From contig NC_042998.1 in NCBI RefSeq assembly GCF_006345805.1, positions 164,424,001 through 164,488,000 of the forward strand: a stretch of DNA of 64,000 bases, written 5' to 3'. A model generated the notes under the pieces. It searched no databases. It saw only the letters and a program-made list of their open reading frames with translations, and had not been told where the DNA came from. This stretch comes from Octopus sinensis. Lineage: Eukaryota. Shown in pieces: positions 1 through 14,058 of the stretch. The position numbers and the translations under genes were made by a program. Numbering within the stretch: the first letter of the stretch is position 1; every line of letters begins with the position of its first letter.

Positions 1-325
1 TGCTCTTACTCTCCCACTTTCTTTCTCTCTCTCACTCTCTCTTTCTCTCTCTCTCTTTCTTTATATATACATACATATTTTTGTATGTGAGTGAGTGTAT
101 GCGCTTATGTGTGTAAAATGTATATTTCCATATATGTATATATATATATACATATATCTATATATATATACATATATACATATATATATATGAATGTTTA
201 TATATCTTAACTAGTACCCTTCTTTTTTCTCTCTTTCTCCCTACCCTCCTCCCCACTCACACGAAGACGGCTCTTATACACACACATATATATATACACG
301 TACACGCACAGAGTTAATGAGTTAT

Positions 326-405
<80 letters not shown>

Positions 406-1379
406 GTGTGTACGTACATATATGTGTACGTATGTATATATGCATATCTATATTTATGTGTGTGTGTTTGTGTATGTATTAACATACATAATTCGGCACT
501 CCTACTCACCATTCGTACTGACATAAATGCGGTTGGCATATAGTTATTACACAAGAAAAATACTCCAACGAAAGTAGTGATCGTCTACGTCAGCCCGTCA
601 CAATAAAATCCATTAAACAAAATGAGTCAGTTAAGTAACAGAACGTTGACTCTCCGCCATTTTGCTCTAACATCATAAAATGAATTATCGTCTATTCTTG
701 TTTCTTTGGGGTTTTTCTTTCTTTCTTTCTTTTTTTTTTTTTTACTTTTCTTTCATTATTCCTAAAATCTTGAAAGAGAACTTACTAACGCAGATCCCAT
801 TTTGGGGCTATTCAGAACCGAACTGAACTAACGTCAGTTATTTTTGAGTTATGGAATGCTAATGTACATCAGAGACATTGTTGGTCGTTATAATTGAGTT
901 TATCTAAAAATTAGCTTTAATCGTAGGTAATTAAGTCACAGGACTAAATGACCTAATGGTTTCTCTTTTCACTTATATTTCTTAAATTAGCAGTCTTGTC
1001 TCACTAATGGTAGTTTAACCCTTAATCCGTTGTTTTTCAACGTGGGGACTATATGGCTTCAAGGAGGTCATGACAAAGTTCAGTGGGGCCTCGGAAATCT
1101 TTGGAATTAGTTGGGGCACAGGCTCAATGAATGAAGCCATGCAACTACAACTCCGTCTCTTTTTAAATTTTTCAAAAACCTTCATACGCACACACAAACA
1201 CATACGCATACACACAATGTATTTTCAATATCTTAAGTTCCGTCATGACAAAAAAAAAAAGCAAAAAAAACTTCATTTGACACTTCGATGATAATTTATT
1301 ATTGATGAATAAAGAATCAAGTAGGCATTTTGAAAGTCTTGTATGAATTAAATATTATGTTACTGCTTTGAAGTTCATG

Positions 1380-2540
1380 CATCCGGTGACAATCCTTTAG
1401 GGTAAATGCCTGCGTCGCCTCGTTGAACTTTGGAACAGCGTTGTAATGTTTTTGAATGGAAAACAGCTTGGAGAAGAAATACAAACTGCCAAATTTGAAG
1501 TATTCTACCTTTCAAATATACTTGAAAAGCTGAATTTGCTAAACAAACAGCTACAAGGTAAAAGTGCAAATGTTTTAATTTACAAAGAGGCTACAAATGG
1601 AAAAATTCATCTTTTCTGGATAAATATTAGGCATAAGGAGTAGATGCATTTTCCAACCCTTGCTTCTGCCGAGGAGGAGTTGCAAGAGGACGCACATTGA
1701 ACACGTGAATAAATTGCACAATGATATGCAAATTAGATTCAAAGATCTCCTGAAACGAACATTCCAAGTTGGGTGTTAGACTTATTTGAGTCAAATACAA
1801 CAAATGTTGATATCAGATGACCAGAAATCCATATTGAGCTGCAAAGTAATCAAACTGCTCAAGTTAAATTTAACCTTATGAACAAGGAGTGAAATTGCTA
1901 TGAAATTTCCATTGCTTCGACAGGAAATTAAATTATATATTTCTTTACTACCCACAAGGGGCTAAACATAGAGGGGACAAACAAAGACAGACAGAGGGAT
2001 TAAGTCGATTACATCGACCCACTGCGAAACAGGTACTTTATTTATTGACCCCGAGAGGATGAAAGGCAAAGTCGACCACGGCGGAATTTGAACTCAGAAC
2101 GTAGGGGCAAACGAAATACCTATTTCTTTACTACCCACAAGAGGCTAAACACAGAGAGGACAAACAAGGACAGACAAACGGATTAAGTCGATTATATCGA
2201 CTCCAGTGCGTAACTGGTACTTAATTTATCGACCCCGAAAGGATGAAAAGCAAAGTCGACCTCGGCGGAATTTGAACTCAGAACGTAACGGCCAATGAAA
2301 TACTTCTAAGCATCTCGCCCGGCGTGCCAACTCACCGCCTCACAGGAAATTAAATTATATTTCGTTGTTTATCCTTCTTCTTGCCAGATGAGTCAGGTTT
2401 CAACAGAGTTATCTTTCTTACTATACCAAAAGCTCGTCATTGTTTAGAAATTGTAAGTGGAGTTGTTTCTTCGTTTGTCTCTAACAACCACAGACTCTGA
2501 AATCTTGCAGAACTGCATCAGCCACTAGGATGTCACTGAA
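1380..2540 (+). mobile_element. Decayed hAT (Charlie/Buster, SCAND3/ZBED8-like) transposase C-terminal fragment, split by a SINE dimer
   Basis: Translation gives FYLSNILEKLNLLNKQLQGK (Buster-type YLxDIFxKLNxLNxQLQG), then HFPTL, LHNDMQIRFKDL and ELQSNQ. After the SINE, ESGFNRV and LRLSLT resemble the hATC dimerisation domain. Frameshifts and stops are present. Confidence 0.75.
1939..2341 (-). mobile_element. tRNA-derived SINE family A (octopus type), dimeric, with 19-bp target-site duplication
   Basis: B-box-like GAGTTCAAATTCC and central GTCGACTTTGCCTTTCATCCT..GGGGTCGATAAA core, present twice. Identical ACAGGAAATTAAATTATAT flanks it at 1920-1938 and 2342-2360. Confidence 0.9.
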
Positions 2541-2734
2541 TAGATACATCGTTTTGATAAAGGATTTTTGAGCTTTAAAAGTTATCACCTTTTAGAAGTT
2601 ATTAATTTTCTGTGAGTCAATAGTAACTTTTTTTTCTTTGTTTCTTTTTGCGTGTTACATCAGGAAAATAATGCATGATTATAAAAGGTTACTGAGCCCC
2701 CAAAATAATTTTGTTTTTGAAATGAAATCATCCT

Positions 2735-2923
2735 TTCTACTATAGGCACAAGGCCTGAAATTTTCGGGGAGGGGCTTAGTCGATTTCATCTATCCCAGTA
2801 CTTAACTATTACTTGTTTTATCAATCTCAATCTCGCGCTACTTGGACTTAGAAGGTAAAGCTGGAAAAATTGTTGCCAAGCATTTTCTCCGGCGTGCTAA
2901 TGATTCTGTTACCTCTCCGCCTT
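2735..2923 (-). mobile_element. SINE family A, diverged copy
   Basis: Head AGGCGGAGAGGTAACAGAATCATTAGCACGCCGG and tail TTTCAGGCCTTGTGCCTATAGTAGAAAGG on the minus strand. Confidence 0.7.
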
Positions 2924-3608
2924 TGTGATAAACATCGTGATAAAGTGAATTTCCATTATTCTGAAGTGCCAGGGACCAAACCATCATGCTAAAATATTAA
3001 TGGAAGGATACATCATTACGAGGGCTTTTTGAAAATTTCCTGACTTTGGGTGAAAGAAAACAGAGGAGGATAAGTTAATTATAATATTATTCAACATATT
3101 TCCTTCTCAGATTCGGGCTCAGAAGTTACAACCTGAGTTGTTATCTATTATAGTAAAAATTAAAAGTAATTCAAATTCAATGGTTTCTTGAAACAATAAA
3201 TTTCAATAGAGATTAGGATTTAAATTCCAATTTATGAAAAGTTTCCGTTCTACAATATTCTTAAAGGAACGAAAAATTATCCAGCAATTCGGGCTAATAC
3301 GAACGAGCCTGGTAGGTGTAAAAGACTAACTAGCATCTCCTGTCAAGAGTACAGGCCACAGTCAGATCGCTGATGTTTGTTGTGCACTCCGCTGTCGATA
3401 TTTGATTGCTGTTATTCTGTGTGTCTGTGTTTAAAGATCAGTTGTGTTTTGCAAGGGTACTTTATTTTTAGTCTTACCTTAGAAATGGAAAAAAACATAG
3501 TGCTAGATATGAAAAAATAAGTCACTCGGGGCGGAATCTGTGATGAGCCAGACAGACGCTGATGACCTGGAGTCGCCGATGATATATATGTATACACACA
3601 CACGCACA

Positions 3609-3814
3609 CGAGGGGGTGCTGAAAAGTTCCTGGCTTTGGGTAAAAGAAAATACATGGGGATCAGTTAATTATGATTTTATTCAACATATTCCCCTCTCAG
3701 ATTGGCACACTTATTGCAGCGGTCTTTCAGTTTTTCTAAGCCCTATGAAAGGTTGGGCTTATAACCTGGCCTTTCGCAACACCCTTAAAGCCAGGAACTT
3801 TTCAGAACCTCCTC
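3609..3814. mobile_element. Mariner-derived MITE (~205 bp)
   Basis: TIRs CGAGGGGGTGCTGAAAAGTTCCTGGCTTT and AAAGCCAGGAACTTTTCAGAACCTCCTC. A partial related copy lies at ~3018-3112. Confidence 0.75.
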
Positions 3815-5098
3815 CTAAATATGGAGAAATACTTTATACATCATGGAAGGAAATAAATCATACAGTGCACAGAAAAAGATAAAGAAAGAAAAAATTCTAG
3901 AAAATAAAAGAAAGAACAGATGCCAAAGGTTGCCTTGTCTATTCATTAAATGAAATTTCAGTTGAACTGAGATTTTGTGTAATGAATGTGTAACAAATAC
4001 CCAAAGTTGAAGAAATATAATAATAGCAAAGTTCACATGATGTCATCATCTGAGTTTCTATTAGCTTATTGCAATTGTCATTCAAGATGGTAGACTTCCA
4101 TCACCTGGTTTCTATGAGTCTTTAACGAAGTCCACTCTGTTGCAATCATCCAAACCAGATTTCCGCTCTGATGTTTATTCCTCTCTCTCTCTGCCGTCAA
4201 CTCCAGTTTCAGAGGCCCTGCAAAAGGTCACTGATACTGTCCTTCCACCTGTGAATAACTCATTTATAAAACAACTGTGTTCTTGACAACCTTTTCTGTC
4301 TCTTTAGCGAGATGTCTTTTTAAGTGAATAAAAGCAGTTGGAGAGAAAATGACTCAATGACAGAACACTAAATTAATTGAAAACTCAGATAGTTCCGTAG
4401 ATTTTTTTGTTTGTTTTTTTTTGTTTCTTTTTGTTGTTTGTTTGTCAATGTTTTGATTGACTCCGTTGAGATGTCTGCAGTGAAACTAATTTTATAAAGG
4501 AATATACTTCTATCTTTGCGCTAAACCAATTTTGAAGTTGTAACCTACAGAGAAAACATGTGGAGAACATATGGGTCTAACAACCTGGGTCACATCAGCT
4601 TCGGTGCAATTAGAGCCACACCTCTTATCTCAGTTAGACAGACTATTTATATAAGAGCCAAAATCTAGATTAAATCATCAGATGGTGGAAATTTAGTAAT
4701 TAGTACACGAAGAAAATTACGTAGTGCTGTATAGAGTATATGAAGAACCAAACTGTATGTAAGAGTATATTTCTAGTTTTGTTCTAAATCAGTTTTAGAG
4801 ATGTATCCCCTACAGAGCACATGTAAGTGTAATAACTGATGTTTCAAGATTGCAGCTTAGTTGGGTCCCATTCAGATTAAGTGCAGTTAAAACACAGATG
4901 TTACCCCTGTCCCTTTTGTTTTATTATAATTATTACGGGTTTTCGTCAAAGTTAGGGTAAGCGTATCTGAACTTTGCAGGAAGTGCATATGAGCTTTGCC
5001 AGAAGTAAACATGACATTTGCAGGAAGTGCACATGACCTTTGTAGGACATGCTAGATTACATGATGGAAAGTGGGGAAGAAGTCAAGCAACTCTTAGA

Positions 5099-5430
5099 CA
5101 GAGGTTCTCAACAATTTTTTATCTACAGACACCTTTGATTACTATTCAATTCAGATGGACACCCATAGCTGTTCACTAACTAGTTTTATAGAAACCTCTT
5201 TCAAAATTCTTATTTTGTTTTTCACCCTAACCCTTTTTGAACTATGTAAAATGTTAAAGAAAAAACCCTTTCCTTGGGAAACATATCAATACATACATTC
5301 AAAGTAAAGTTTTTTTCAGAGGCCCTTAAAATACTATTGTGGATACCCACTTTACTATTTTGTAACGAAGCACAACAAAAATCTTATATGGACTTTCAGG
5401 AGCCATATGGACCCCGATTGAGAACCACTG
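5099..5430. mobile_element. hAT/Charlie-type MITE
   Basis: Termini CAGAGGTTCTCAAC and TTGAGAACCACTG, with TCTTAGA on both flanks (near 8-bp hAT TSD). Confidence 0.65.
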
Positions 5431-6039
5431 TCTTAGAATGTTGTGAACTAGGATTTGAGTTTCTGTTAGTAACCCAAATGGAAGTTAGTGGTTGCGGGTG
5501 GGCCCTACTAGAAAACAGAATAACTTTCTGAGGCGTTACTCATGGAGCCTGTATCTGGCAGTAACCATCTACTGAGAAATGACTTTAACGGTGATATGAT
5601 TTTTAGGGAGTATATCTTTGAGTTCTTCGTAGGATGTGAGTGGAAAATTATTTCCTTTATATTTCACCGAGGTATGATTTTTTTCCAGTGTGGAACTCTA
5701 CTATAGAATGACCAGCGGGAAGCGGAGATTCGTGGCAATTACTTATCCCTGAACCAGAGACCTTGTCTGTGTGTTTATAACAGAGAAAACTCCACCAAAA
5801 GTAATTAAGAACCAATTTGTGGTGCTAATCTAGGAGATGGATAAGATTTAGTTGATATCATCGACCACAGTTCTTGATTGTTTCTTTATTTTATCGTCCT
5901 CGAAGAGATGAATAGCAAACTTCACCTTGACGAAATTTGAATCCATCCGTAAAACTTTGGCATAAATACTGCCACTCTAATGATTCCACCAATTCAGTGT
6001 CCGCGTGTTTTAAATATATTTCAATTTTAATTAACTTTT

Positions 6040-6495
6040 AGGCGTGGCTAATGGGTAAGAAGTTTGCTCGCCAATTACATGGTTCTGGGTTCAGCCACAC
6101 AGCGTAGCGTAACACCTTGGGCAAGTGTCTTCTACAATAGCTTCGGAGCAACCAAAGCCTTGTGAGTGGATTTGGTAGATGGAAACTGAAAGAAGCCTGT
6201 GTGTGTGTATGTGTTTGTGTGTGTGTGTGTGCTTGTGTGTATTTGTGTGTGTTTGTGTGTGCTTGTGTGTACGCGCGTGTGCGTGTCTGTGTCTGTGTTT
6301 GTCCTTCCACACCACTTGACAGTGTTAGTATCTCTATATCTCGTTAACCTAGCGGTGCAGCAAAAGCAGTCGATAGAATAAATACAAGGCTTTAAAAAAA
6401 AGTACTGGAGTCAATTCATTCGGCTAAAAATTCTTCAACGCGGTGCTCCAGCATAGCCGCAGTCTAATGATTGAAACAAATAAAAAGTAAAAGAT
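6040..6495 (+). mobile_element. tRNA-derived CORE-type SINE family B with internal (TG)n, full length
   Basis: tRNA-like head GGCGTGGCT..GGTAAG..GGGTTCAG, CORE-like ACCTTGGGCAAGTGTC, internal microsatellite, and tail GGTGCTCCAGCAT..GAAACAA with TAAAA repeats. Confidence 0.85.
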
Positions 6496-6499
6496 GTAA

Positions 6500-6995
6500 A
6501 TAATACAACTGAATAAGAATAAAACATTGCGTATCGAGGCAGAATCGAATAGGTTCGATCTCAGTTATCGATGCTTAGGCAATTCCCGTTGGCCAATCAG
6601 TAACTTGCCTTCCAGTTTGCTTCTGTTGTGCTTCTCCGTGATAACGCAAGACTATATTCGGCAAGAATCACGCAGGATAGAATATTGGATTTGGGCTGGT
6701 CTTTTCTATCCTATACATCACATTCACCAGACATTCCACCTACTGATTTACATTTTATTCGCGTTCTGCAAAATGCTCCGATGGGGAAAAAATTTCTCAT
6801 GAAGATCAGGTGAAAACGTGTGCGGAAGGCGTCTTCATGTCGAAGCCAGCTGAATTTAACTCGAGAGAAATCGAAAAAGCTACCTGACAAATGACAAGAG
6901 GTCCTTCAAAATAATGTAACTATACTGATAATTGAAAATAATTCCTTGTAAAATTTTTCATGGTTAAATCGGAAATTATTTATGCCTCAACCCTA
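6500..6995 (+). mobile_element. Mariner transposase C-terminal remnant
   Basis: HSPDIPPTDLHFIRVLQN corresponds to the mariner YSPDLAPSDFHLF motif. Ends in a TIR-like TTATTTATGCCTCAACCCTATA. Confidence 0.7.
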
Positions 6996-7000
6996 TATAT

Positions 7001-7520
7001 ACAGGGTGTCTCGAGATTTAGGCAACCGCAGTTTCGGGCTTTAATAACTATCAATAAATGTTATAAGAAAATTATACACCCCTATAGAATTATACGCTAC
7101 TGAAAAATTATACACCACTATAAAAGCTTAATGTGTCCTTTTTGCTTCAGTCTAAAAAATTCGGATTTATAAATTAGATAATGGCTATAGACCGAAGTAC
7201 AATCATAACTCTCCCCAAAGGAGGCGAAAGTAATACAGCTATAGCAAAAAAAAAAGCTTAAAATTAACCGAACAACAGTCTGGAAAATTGTCAAGAAATT
7301 TCAAGAAACTGGTTTCATCGCTGATTGACCTGGACGTAGCCGAAAAAGGAGTGTGCGGACTCCTCAGCTTATCAAAAGTACCAGAGAAAAGATACAGCGA
7401 AATCCTTGTCGTTCCGTCAGAAAACTGGTTGCCATAGAAAAAATAAACCGAACATCAATGATTCGAGTGCTGAAAGAGAATCTCAGGACCCATCCCTACA
7501 AGATGATCCGCCGTCACGCA
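7001..7520 (+). mobile_element. Tc1/mariner (maT/DD37D-like) 5' end with N-terminal HTH region
   Basis: Starts TA|CAGGGTGTC. Frameshifted reading from 7181: MAIDRSTII..AIAKK..INRTTVWKIVKKFQETG..PGRSRKRSVRTPQLIKSTREKIQRNPCRSVRKL..LKENLRTIPYK. Confidence 0.75.
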
Positions 7521-8142
7521 AGTTTATAAGACCATGAGACTGGGGAGAAATCGACTTATCCTGCGCCTGAAACAAGTAAAAGAGAAAGAGTATATAAAAT
7601 ATAGCGTGTCTTGAATGGCACAACAATGTAGAGTGGACTATATAGTAACTTTTATAATTTAATCATCGATAGTTTGATATAATAATATTTCCGAATTCAA
7701 AAAATTCCTTCTTCAGATATTGCTAGGAATTGATCGAGTCACTGCTATTAAGCTCAGGTCGACGCGAACATGCATTTGCAGCAGACACACCTATATATAT
7801 GTGAAGATGTATACATACATCTTCTGTGTGTGTGTGTGTGTGGTGTGTGTGTGTGTGTGTGTGTGTGGTGTGTTTAGAGCTAACAAAGCCAAACGTTAGC
7901 ACGTCAAGACTCTGCAACCCGACCTCGACTACACATCACCCCAATGCCCCTGTGCACACCATTCTGAAGCTCGACACAGAGTAAAAGAAAATATAGAAGT
8001 AAGCAATTTTTATGGGTGGCACCAAGTGGTGCTTGTGACGGTCTGGTGTCTAGGACCCTGTCAGTAGAGATGTATGCACACGTACGCATGTTTGTGCATA
8101 TACTACATATATATGTGCATGTGTGTGTGTATACATATTAAC

Positions 8143-8185
<43 letters not shown>

Positions 8186-8697
8186 TATACGCATACATAT
8201 AAATGTGTATGTATATATGCATATATATATGAATGCATGTCTACAATACCAATTTCAGATACACTCAAACACACGCGCACGCACGCACACACACATATTC
8301 ACTCACACTCATACACATACACACACACACACTCGCCCCCCCCCCACACACACACATAGTCACACACACTCACTCGCATGCTTGCACTTACATACAGACA
8401 TATAAATATTCATGTATGGACATGTGCTTCGCTAATTTGTAATGTGTGTTTGAGTATGTACGTGTGTCTCTGTCTTATCTGTACTATACATACATGTATG
8501 TGTGTGTGTGTTATGTAATACAACGTTAATCTGAAGTATTACAATAAATTAAAAATTACCCCGCCCGTTGAAATATACAGAAGTGAAATCTCTGCATTGT
8601 AATATGCTTCATTATCACAGCCCAGACTATCTGAGGTATATATTCATGCATAAATACATACGTGTGTGCGTCTGTGTGCCTGTCTCAGTATATGTAT

Positions 8698-8731
<34 letters not shown>

Positions 8732-8759
8732 GCACACACACATATATACAGCATTATTT

Positions 8760-9574
8760 TAATTTATAATTTTAATTTCGCGCATGCACCTTGTTTATTT
8801 TTTATTTTGTCGCCTACACAGTATAGTAGGGTCAGTTGGGTACCGTCTGTGAGAAAAACAACACCATGACACAATTCACTCTGCCAAAAATTTTGAAACA
8901 ACTTGCTGTACTATTTGGCAAACTCCAATACCAATATTTCAGAGTTTGGGTGTCAATCTGAGCATATGTACCGAGAATGATAAAAATCAAACATCCAACC
9001 AACAACGTGTTTGGAGTGATCACTAGTGATGGCGATGTTATGCCTCCATTCATCTTCTCCTACTCAGCACGGTGACCCACATCAAGTGCCTGGAGGGGAT
9101 AGTGCTGCCCTGGATCAAGAGGATGGCTGATGGAAAACCGTATGTCTGGCAACAGGACTCTGCACCATGCCACACAAGCAGGAGAACCCAGTCATAGCTG
9201 TCAGACAATTTCTGCGACCACATCACCCCTGGTCACCTAACTCCCCGCATCGCAACCCCCTTGATTATTATGTGTGGGGCGCAGTTGAGCGAAAGACCAA
9301 CAAACCTCCTTGTAACACCAACGATGAACTGAAGGCAAGGATTATGGCAACATTCACCAACTTAAAGAAGGTGACCGTCCAGTAGAGTTGCAGGAGATTC
9401 CGAAGTCATCTAGAGGCCGTGGTTGAAGCCAACGGCGATTTTCTTGATTAACTTTACTCTGAAGTATTTCAAGACATTTTTATGCTATTTTGATAAAATA
9501 TATCTGCTAAAATGAGATGTCAGTGTTATTTTCATTTTTGCATAATTTAGACGAGTTTATTCACCGCAGCCTGT
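8760..9574 (+). mobile_element. Internally deleted Tc1/mariner (DD37D/maT-like) element
   Basis: WQQDSAPCH and WSPNSPHRNPLDYYVWGAVERKTNKPPCNTNDELKARIM. Right TIR GAGTTTATTCACCGCAGCCTG|TA. Same family as 23734-24586. Confidence 0.8.
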
Positions 9575-9705
9575 ACATACATACATACATACATACATAC
9601 ATACATACATACATACATACATACTTACATACATACATACATACACACACATATACATACATACACACACACATACATACATACATACATACATACATAC
9701 ATACA

Positions 9706-9735
<30 letters not shown>
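9574..9735. repeat. (TACA)n microsatellite
   Basis: Direct inspection. Confidence 0.95.
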
Positions 9736-9736
<1 letters not shown>

Positions 9737-10257
9737 TCAGCACAAACGCGCGCGCACACACATACACATACATATTGCTTATAGAGAGTCTAAATTATAT
9801 TTGTTTCATGTAATCTTGTACTATTGTATTATTGGCGAAATTAACCGCGCCTGTCGTAGTCCCCATTACGTCACTGACATTGCAGGATATACAAAGACAC
9901 TAGTTTTCTTTATTCTGGCTGAGCTAAAAGCTACAAGAGACGGTGCTGTTATTGATTTCATCGAATCCCGCAATTTTCTACTATGTTTAAAAAGATCCGG
10001 TACTTTATATCCATCCATGTACCAATATGATAAAACTTACAAAACGAAACTATGCTATGATCTGCAGAATAATAATAACAAAGCCGTTGAAAAAATGACT
10101 TAGGTATAAAGTCATACGTTTTGCAGGTGTCAAATCATTTCTCACTGACTCTTCTGAAGCTGTTTGGACTGAGAGAGTCTAAAGCCTTGCTATTATATGA
10201 AACATGAAGTAGCTGAGATATTTTGTTGAGGGAAATAAATACTGAGACGTTCCTGTT

Positions 10258-10660
10258 ATGAGCTGGCAGAACTATTAGAACGCCGGACAAATTGCTTAAC
10301 GTTAGAGTTCAGATAGCACTCAGGTCGACTTTGCCTTTCATCCTTTTGCGGTTGATAAATTAAGTTCCAATTAAGGACGTCCATGTAAGGGACATCCTCT
10401 TCTCTTCGTAAGCTGTTAGCCCTGTGCCAAAATTTGACAACATTATAACTTTCACGTCTAAGACGGCGAGCTGTCAGGGTTGTTAGCACGCCGAACTAAA
10501 CGCGTTGGCTTCACGTCCTGAGCTCAAATTCCGTCGAGATTGACTTTGCCGTTCATCTTTTTGGGCTCAATAAAATAAGTACTACTTAACCGCTGGATCG
10601 ATGAGATGGGCTATCCCCTTTCCTAAAATTTCAAGCCTTGTGTCTATGATAGAAAATATT
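10258..10660 (+). mobile_element. Two tandem diverged SINE family A copies
   Basis: Heads GAGCTGGCAGAA and GGCGAGCTGTCAG, each followed by the GACTTTGCC.TTCATC core. Confidence 0.75.
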
Positions 10661-11240
10661 CTATTCACGCCTTCTGAATTTTGCATCTATCCTGCAAAAC
10701 AAGTTTTCAACTAACGCTGGTGTTTTAGAGCCATATCAAATAACAGTCATGCGAGTATTTGAACAACCAATAGTAAATGGATTTCATCAGCCATTACGAT
10801 CTGAATGAGATTATATGCGGCCAGGTTGTATTTGTTCTTCTGCTAGTGATTCTATACTAGAGTCTGTTCAAAGCATGTGCAAGATTATTTCAAGGTGAAA
10901 CTTCGACAATTTGTCCCCAAGGAAGACTTTTTTTAACTCACCAGATTTGTATCCTTGTAGTATTTTAATGGAGGACGTGTCATTGAGGACAGACTCCGGT
11001 ACAATACTTCAAAGCAGCATTGCTACGTTGAGATCTGCCATTAGGAAGTCATTCAGGTTTAAACATGTATGAGATGGGAAAGGGCATGCACAACCTTCTC
11101 CATCCGTATTCGTCGATAACACTCAATGTCGGGGACGGACACACGCGTGCGCGCATACATACATACATACATACATACATACATACATACATACATACAT
11201 ACATACATACATACATACATGCATACATACATACATACAT

Positions 11241-11617
11241 ATGGGAACCAGACAAAAACCGCTGCAGCTCGGCTGGGATGTGTCACCCCACCCTCCATAT
11301 TCACCAGATATTGTTCCTTCGGATTTCCACTTATTCAGGTTTCTGCAGAATAGTCTTAATGGTAAAAATTTCAATTCCTTGGATGACGTAATAAGATACC
11401 TTAATGAATTCTTTGCCATGAAACCAACCACCTCAATTCTGGGAAGAGGGTATTTTCAAGTTACAGGTAAGATGGAGACGCATTGTGCAACAAAATGGTT
11501 CATATTTGGTTGATTAAAAATGTTGATTATTTGGTTGATTAAAAATGTAATGGCAAGTATTTATTGACCTTTTTCTTTCCTTTAAAAATCGGCGCGAACT
11601 TTCCGGACAACCCAATA
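11241..11617 (+). mobile_element. Mariner transposase 3' fragment with right TIR
   Basis: LGWDVSPHPPYSPDIVPSDFHLFRFLQNSLNGKNF is the canonical mariner motif. Ends GAACTTTCCGGACAACCCAA|TA. Confidence 0.85.
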
Positions 11618-11768
11618 GTTTGAAAAGACTTGCGGAGCTTAACATTGAAAATATTGTCAATTAAAACAAAAAATTGTTTCTTTCACGCATTGTGATCGTT
11701 AATCAGCTAATATTTTTTGTTTCATGTATGAATGAGTATAAACATATCTACATCTCTCTCTCTCTTTC

Positions 11769-11820
<52 letters not shown>

Positions 11821-11888
11821 CCTATCTATCTACCTATCTGTCTGTCTGTCTCTGTGTCTCCTGTCTGTCTGTCTGTCTGTCTGCCTTC

Positions 11889-11942
<54 letters not shown>

Positions 11943-12176
11943 TATATAGAGAGAGAGAGAGAGAAGGGAATGAGAGACTTGTGTTTACATCTGTGTTTCT
12001 GTGTGCGTGTATGCGTTTATCAGTCTATCCATTTATCTCTGTCGGTCTTATGTATATATATATAAATGATAGTCATAACATATTTCTTTATCGTAGTATA
12101 TGTATGCATGTATGAATGAATGTATGTATGTATGTATGTATGTATGTATGTATGTATGTATGTATATATATATTCA

Positions 12177-12220
<44 letters not shown>

Positions 12221-12239
12221 ATATACATATATATATATA

Positions 12240-12274
<35 letters not shown>

Positions 12275-12932
12275 TGTGAAACCACTCTGCACGAAAGCAT
12301 ATCACCATGTACTTAGCAATCCACATACAGACACTCTCTTAGAACACACACACACACACTCACACATACACATACACACACTCACACACTCAAATACATT
12401 CAAGTACTTTCTCATGCACACAAGCAGGGGAAAAGAGAAGCAGAGACATAACAAAAAGAGAGAGAATAACAGAAAGGTAGAGAACGTAAGACAAAGATAT
12501 GTACAGAGAGAAGGTGAGAGAAAGTAGAGGAAAGTAATAGATAGGAATAACACGCATACAGGCATAATCACTCATACTTCTCCCCTGTATTTAGTCGACC
12601 AGCTTATAACACTGACATGTACTCGCTGGTCCAAATTGCACGCAAAGCCATTTATTGTCGTTTGTTAAGCCGGGCTAACGACACGAATATACTGCCAAAG
12701 TGTTTTTCTACTATTCTGCACGCATTGATCTCCGTTTGTCTTAGAGCTGACGGTTAGTTATAGCTTTAAGAGTGGCAGACAGACAAACTATAGAGAGTTT
12801 TATGACATTGCGGAGGAGATCGTGAAACAAATACAGGTTGTGAATGGGGAAGGATTTCGTGATGAAGTTTGTATGAGCTAGCTGCTCTCTCTCTACATTA
12901 CGTACATGCATATGCTAGCTGCCATCTCTACC

Positions 12933-13387
12933 ATACATACATACATACATACATACATACATACATACATACATACATACATACATACATACATGCATGC
13001 ATGCATACATACATACATACATACATACATACATACATACATACATGCATGCATACATACACACATACATACATACATACATACATACATACATGCATGC
13101 ATGCATGCATACATACATTCATACATACAAACATACATACATACATACATACATACATACATACATTCATACATACATACATACATACATACATACATAC
13201 ATACATTCATACATTCATACATACATACATACATACATTCATACATACATACATACATACATACATACACACATACATACATACACACATACATACACCA
13301 ATACATACATACATACATACATACACACATACATACATACATACATACATACATACATACATACATACATACATACATACATACATA
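12933..13387. repeat. Long (TACA)n microsatellite (~450 bp)
   Basis: Direct inspection. This tract is the source of the YIHT/MYVC ORFs. Confidence 0.95.
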
Positions 13388-13774
13388 GAATATGGAGGGG
13401 AGGAACATGCCCAATCATGGAAGCTGTACATACACAGAAAGAAAACAAACAACGAAATATGCAACGGCACATACCTACGTTTATACACCTGTGCGTGCAG
13501 GCGTGCAGATCGCACTGACTTACAAAGGAAACATGCGCGTATGCGCGCACACACACAGAGGCATACACGCACACAGGTAGAGACATACACAGATATATAT
13601 GTGGGAAGGTTAAGGTGTAATTATATACGCATATAGATATCTATCATATTAGACGCTGGTACACAGAGGTGACATCGAAGAAAGCAAATTCCATTTATAG
13701 AACAGTATGAGATGTTCATATTTAATATAATTTAATGTAATATAATATATGTCTATGTATATATATATTATATA

Positions 13775-13821
<47 letters not shown>

Positions 13822-13989
13822 ATATAATATATATAATATATATATATATACCCATACATACATGTACACATACATTCACAAGTATGTATGTGTATGTGCA
13901 TGTGCAGATATATACATACTTTACAGAGTATACATATAAATGTTATATATATATATATATATATATTATATAATATATACATATAAATG

Positions 13990-14058
<69 letters not shown>

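Noticed and set aside
781-795. TACTAACGCAG perfect branch point plus AG
   Set aside because: The branch point is too close to the AG, with no intervening pyrimidine tract and no convincing exon after it.
12869-13636. 255-aa ORF and the many [16 protein letters not shown] ORFs across the window
   Set aside because: These are translations of TA, CA, TACA and TAGA microsatellites.
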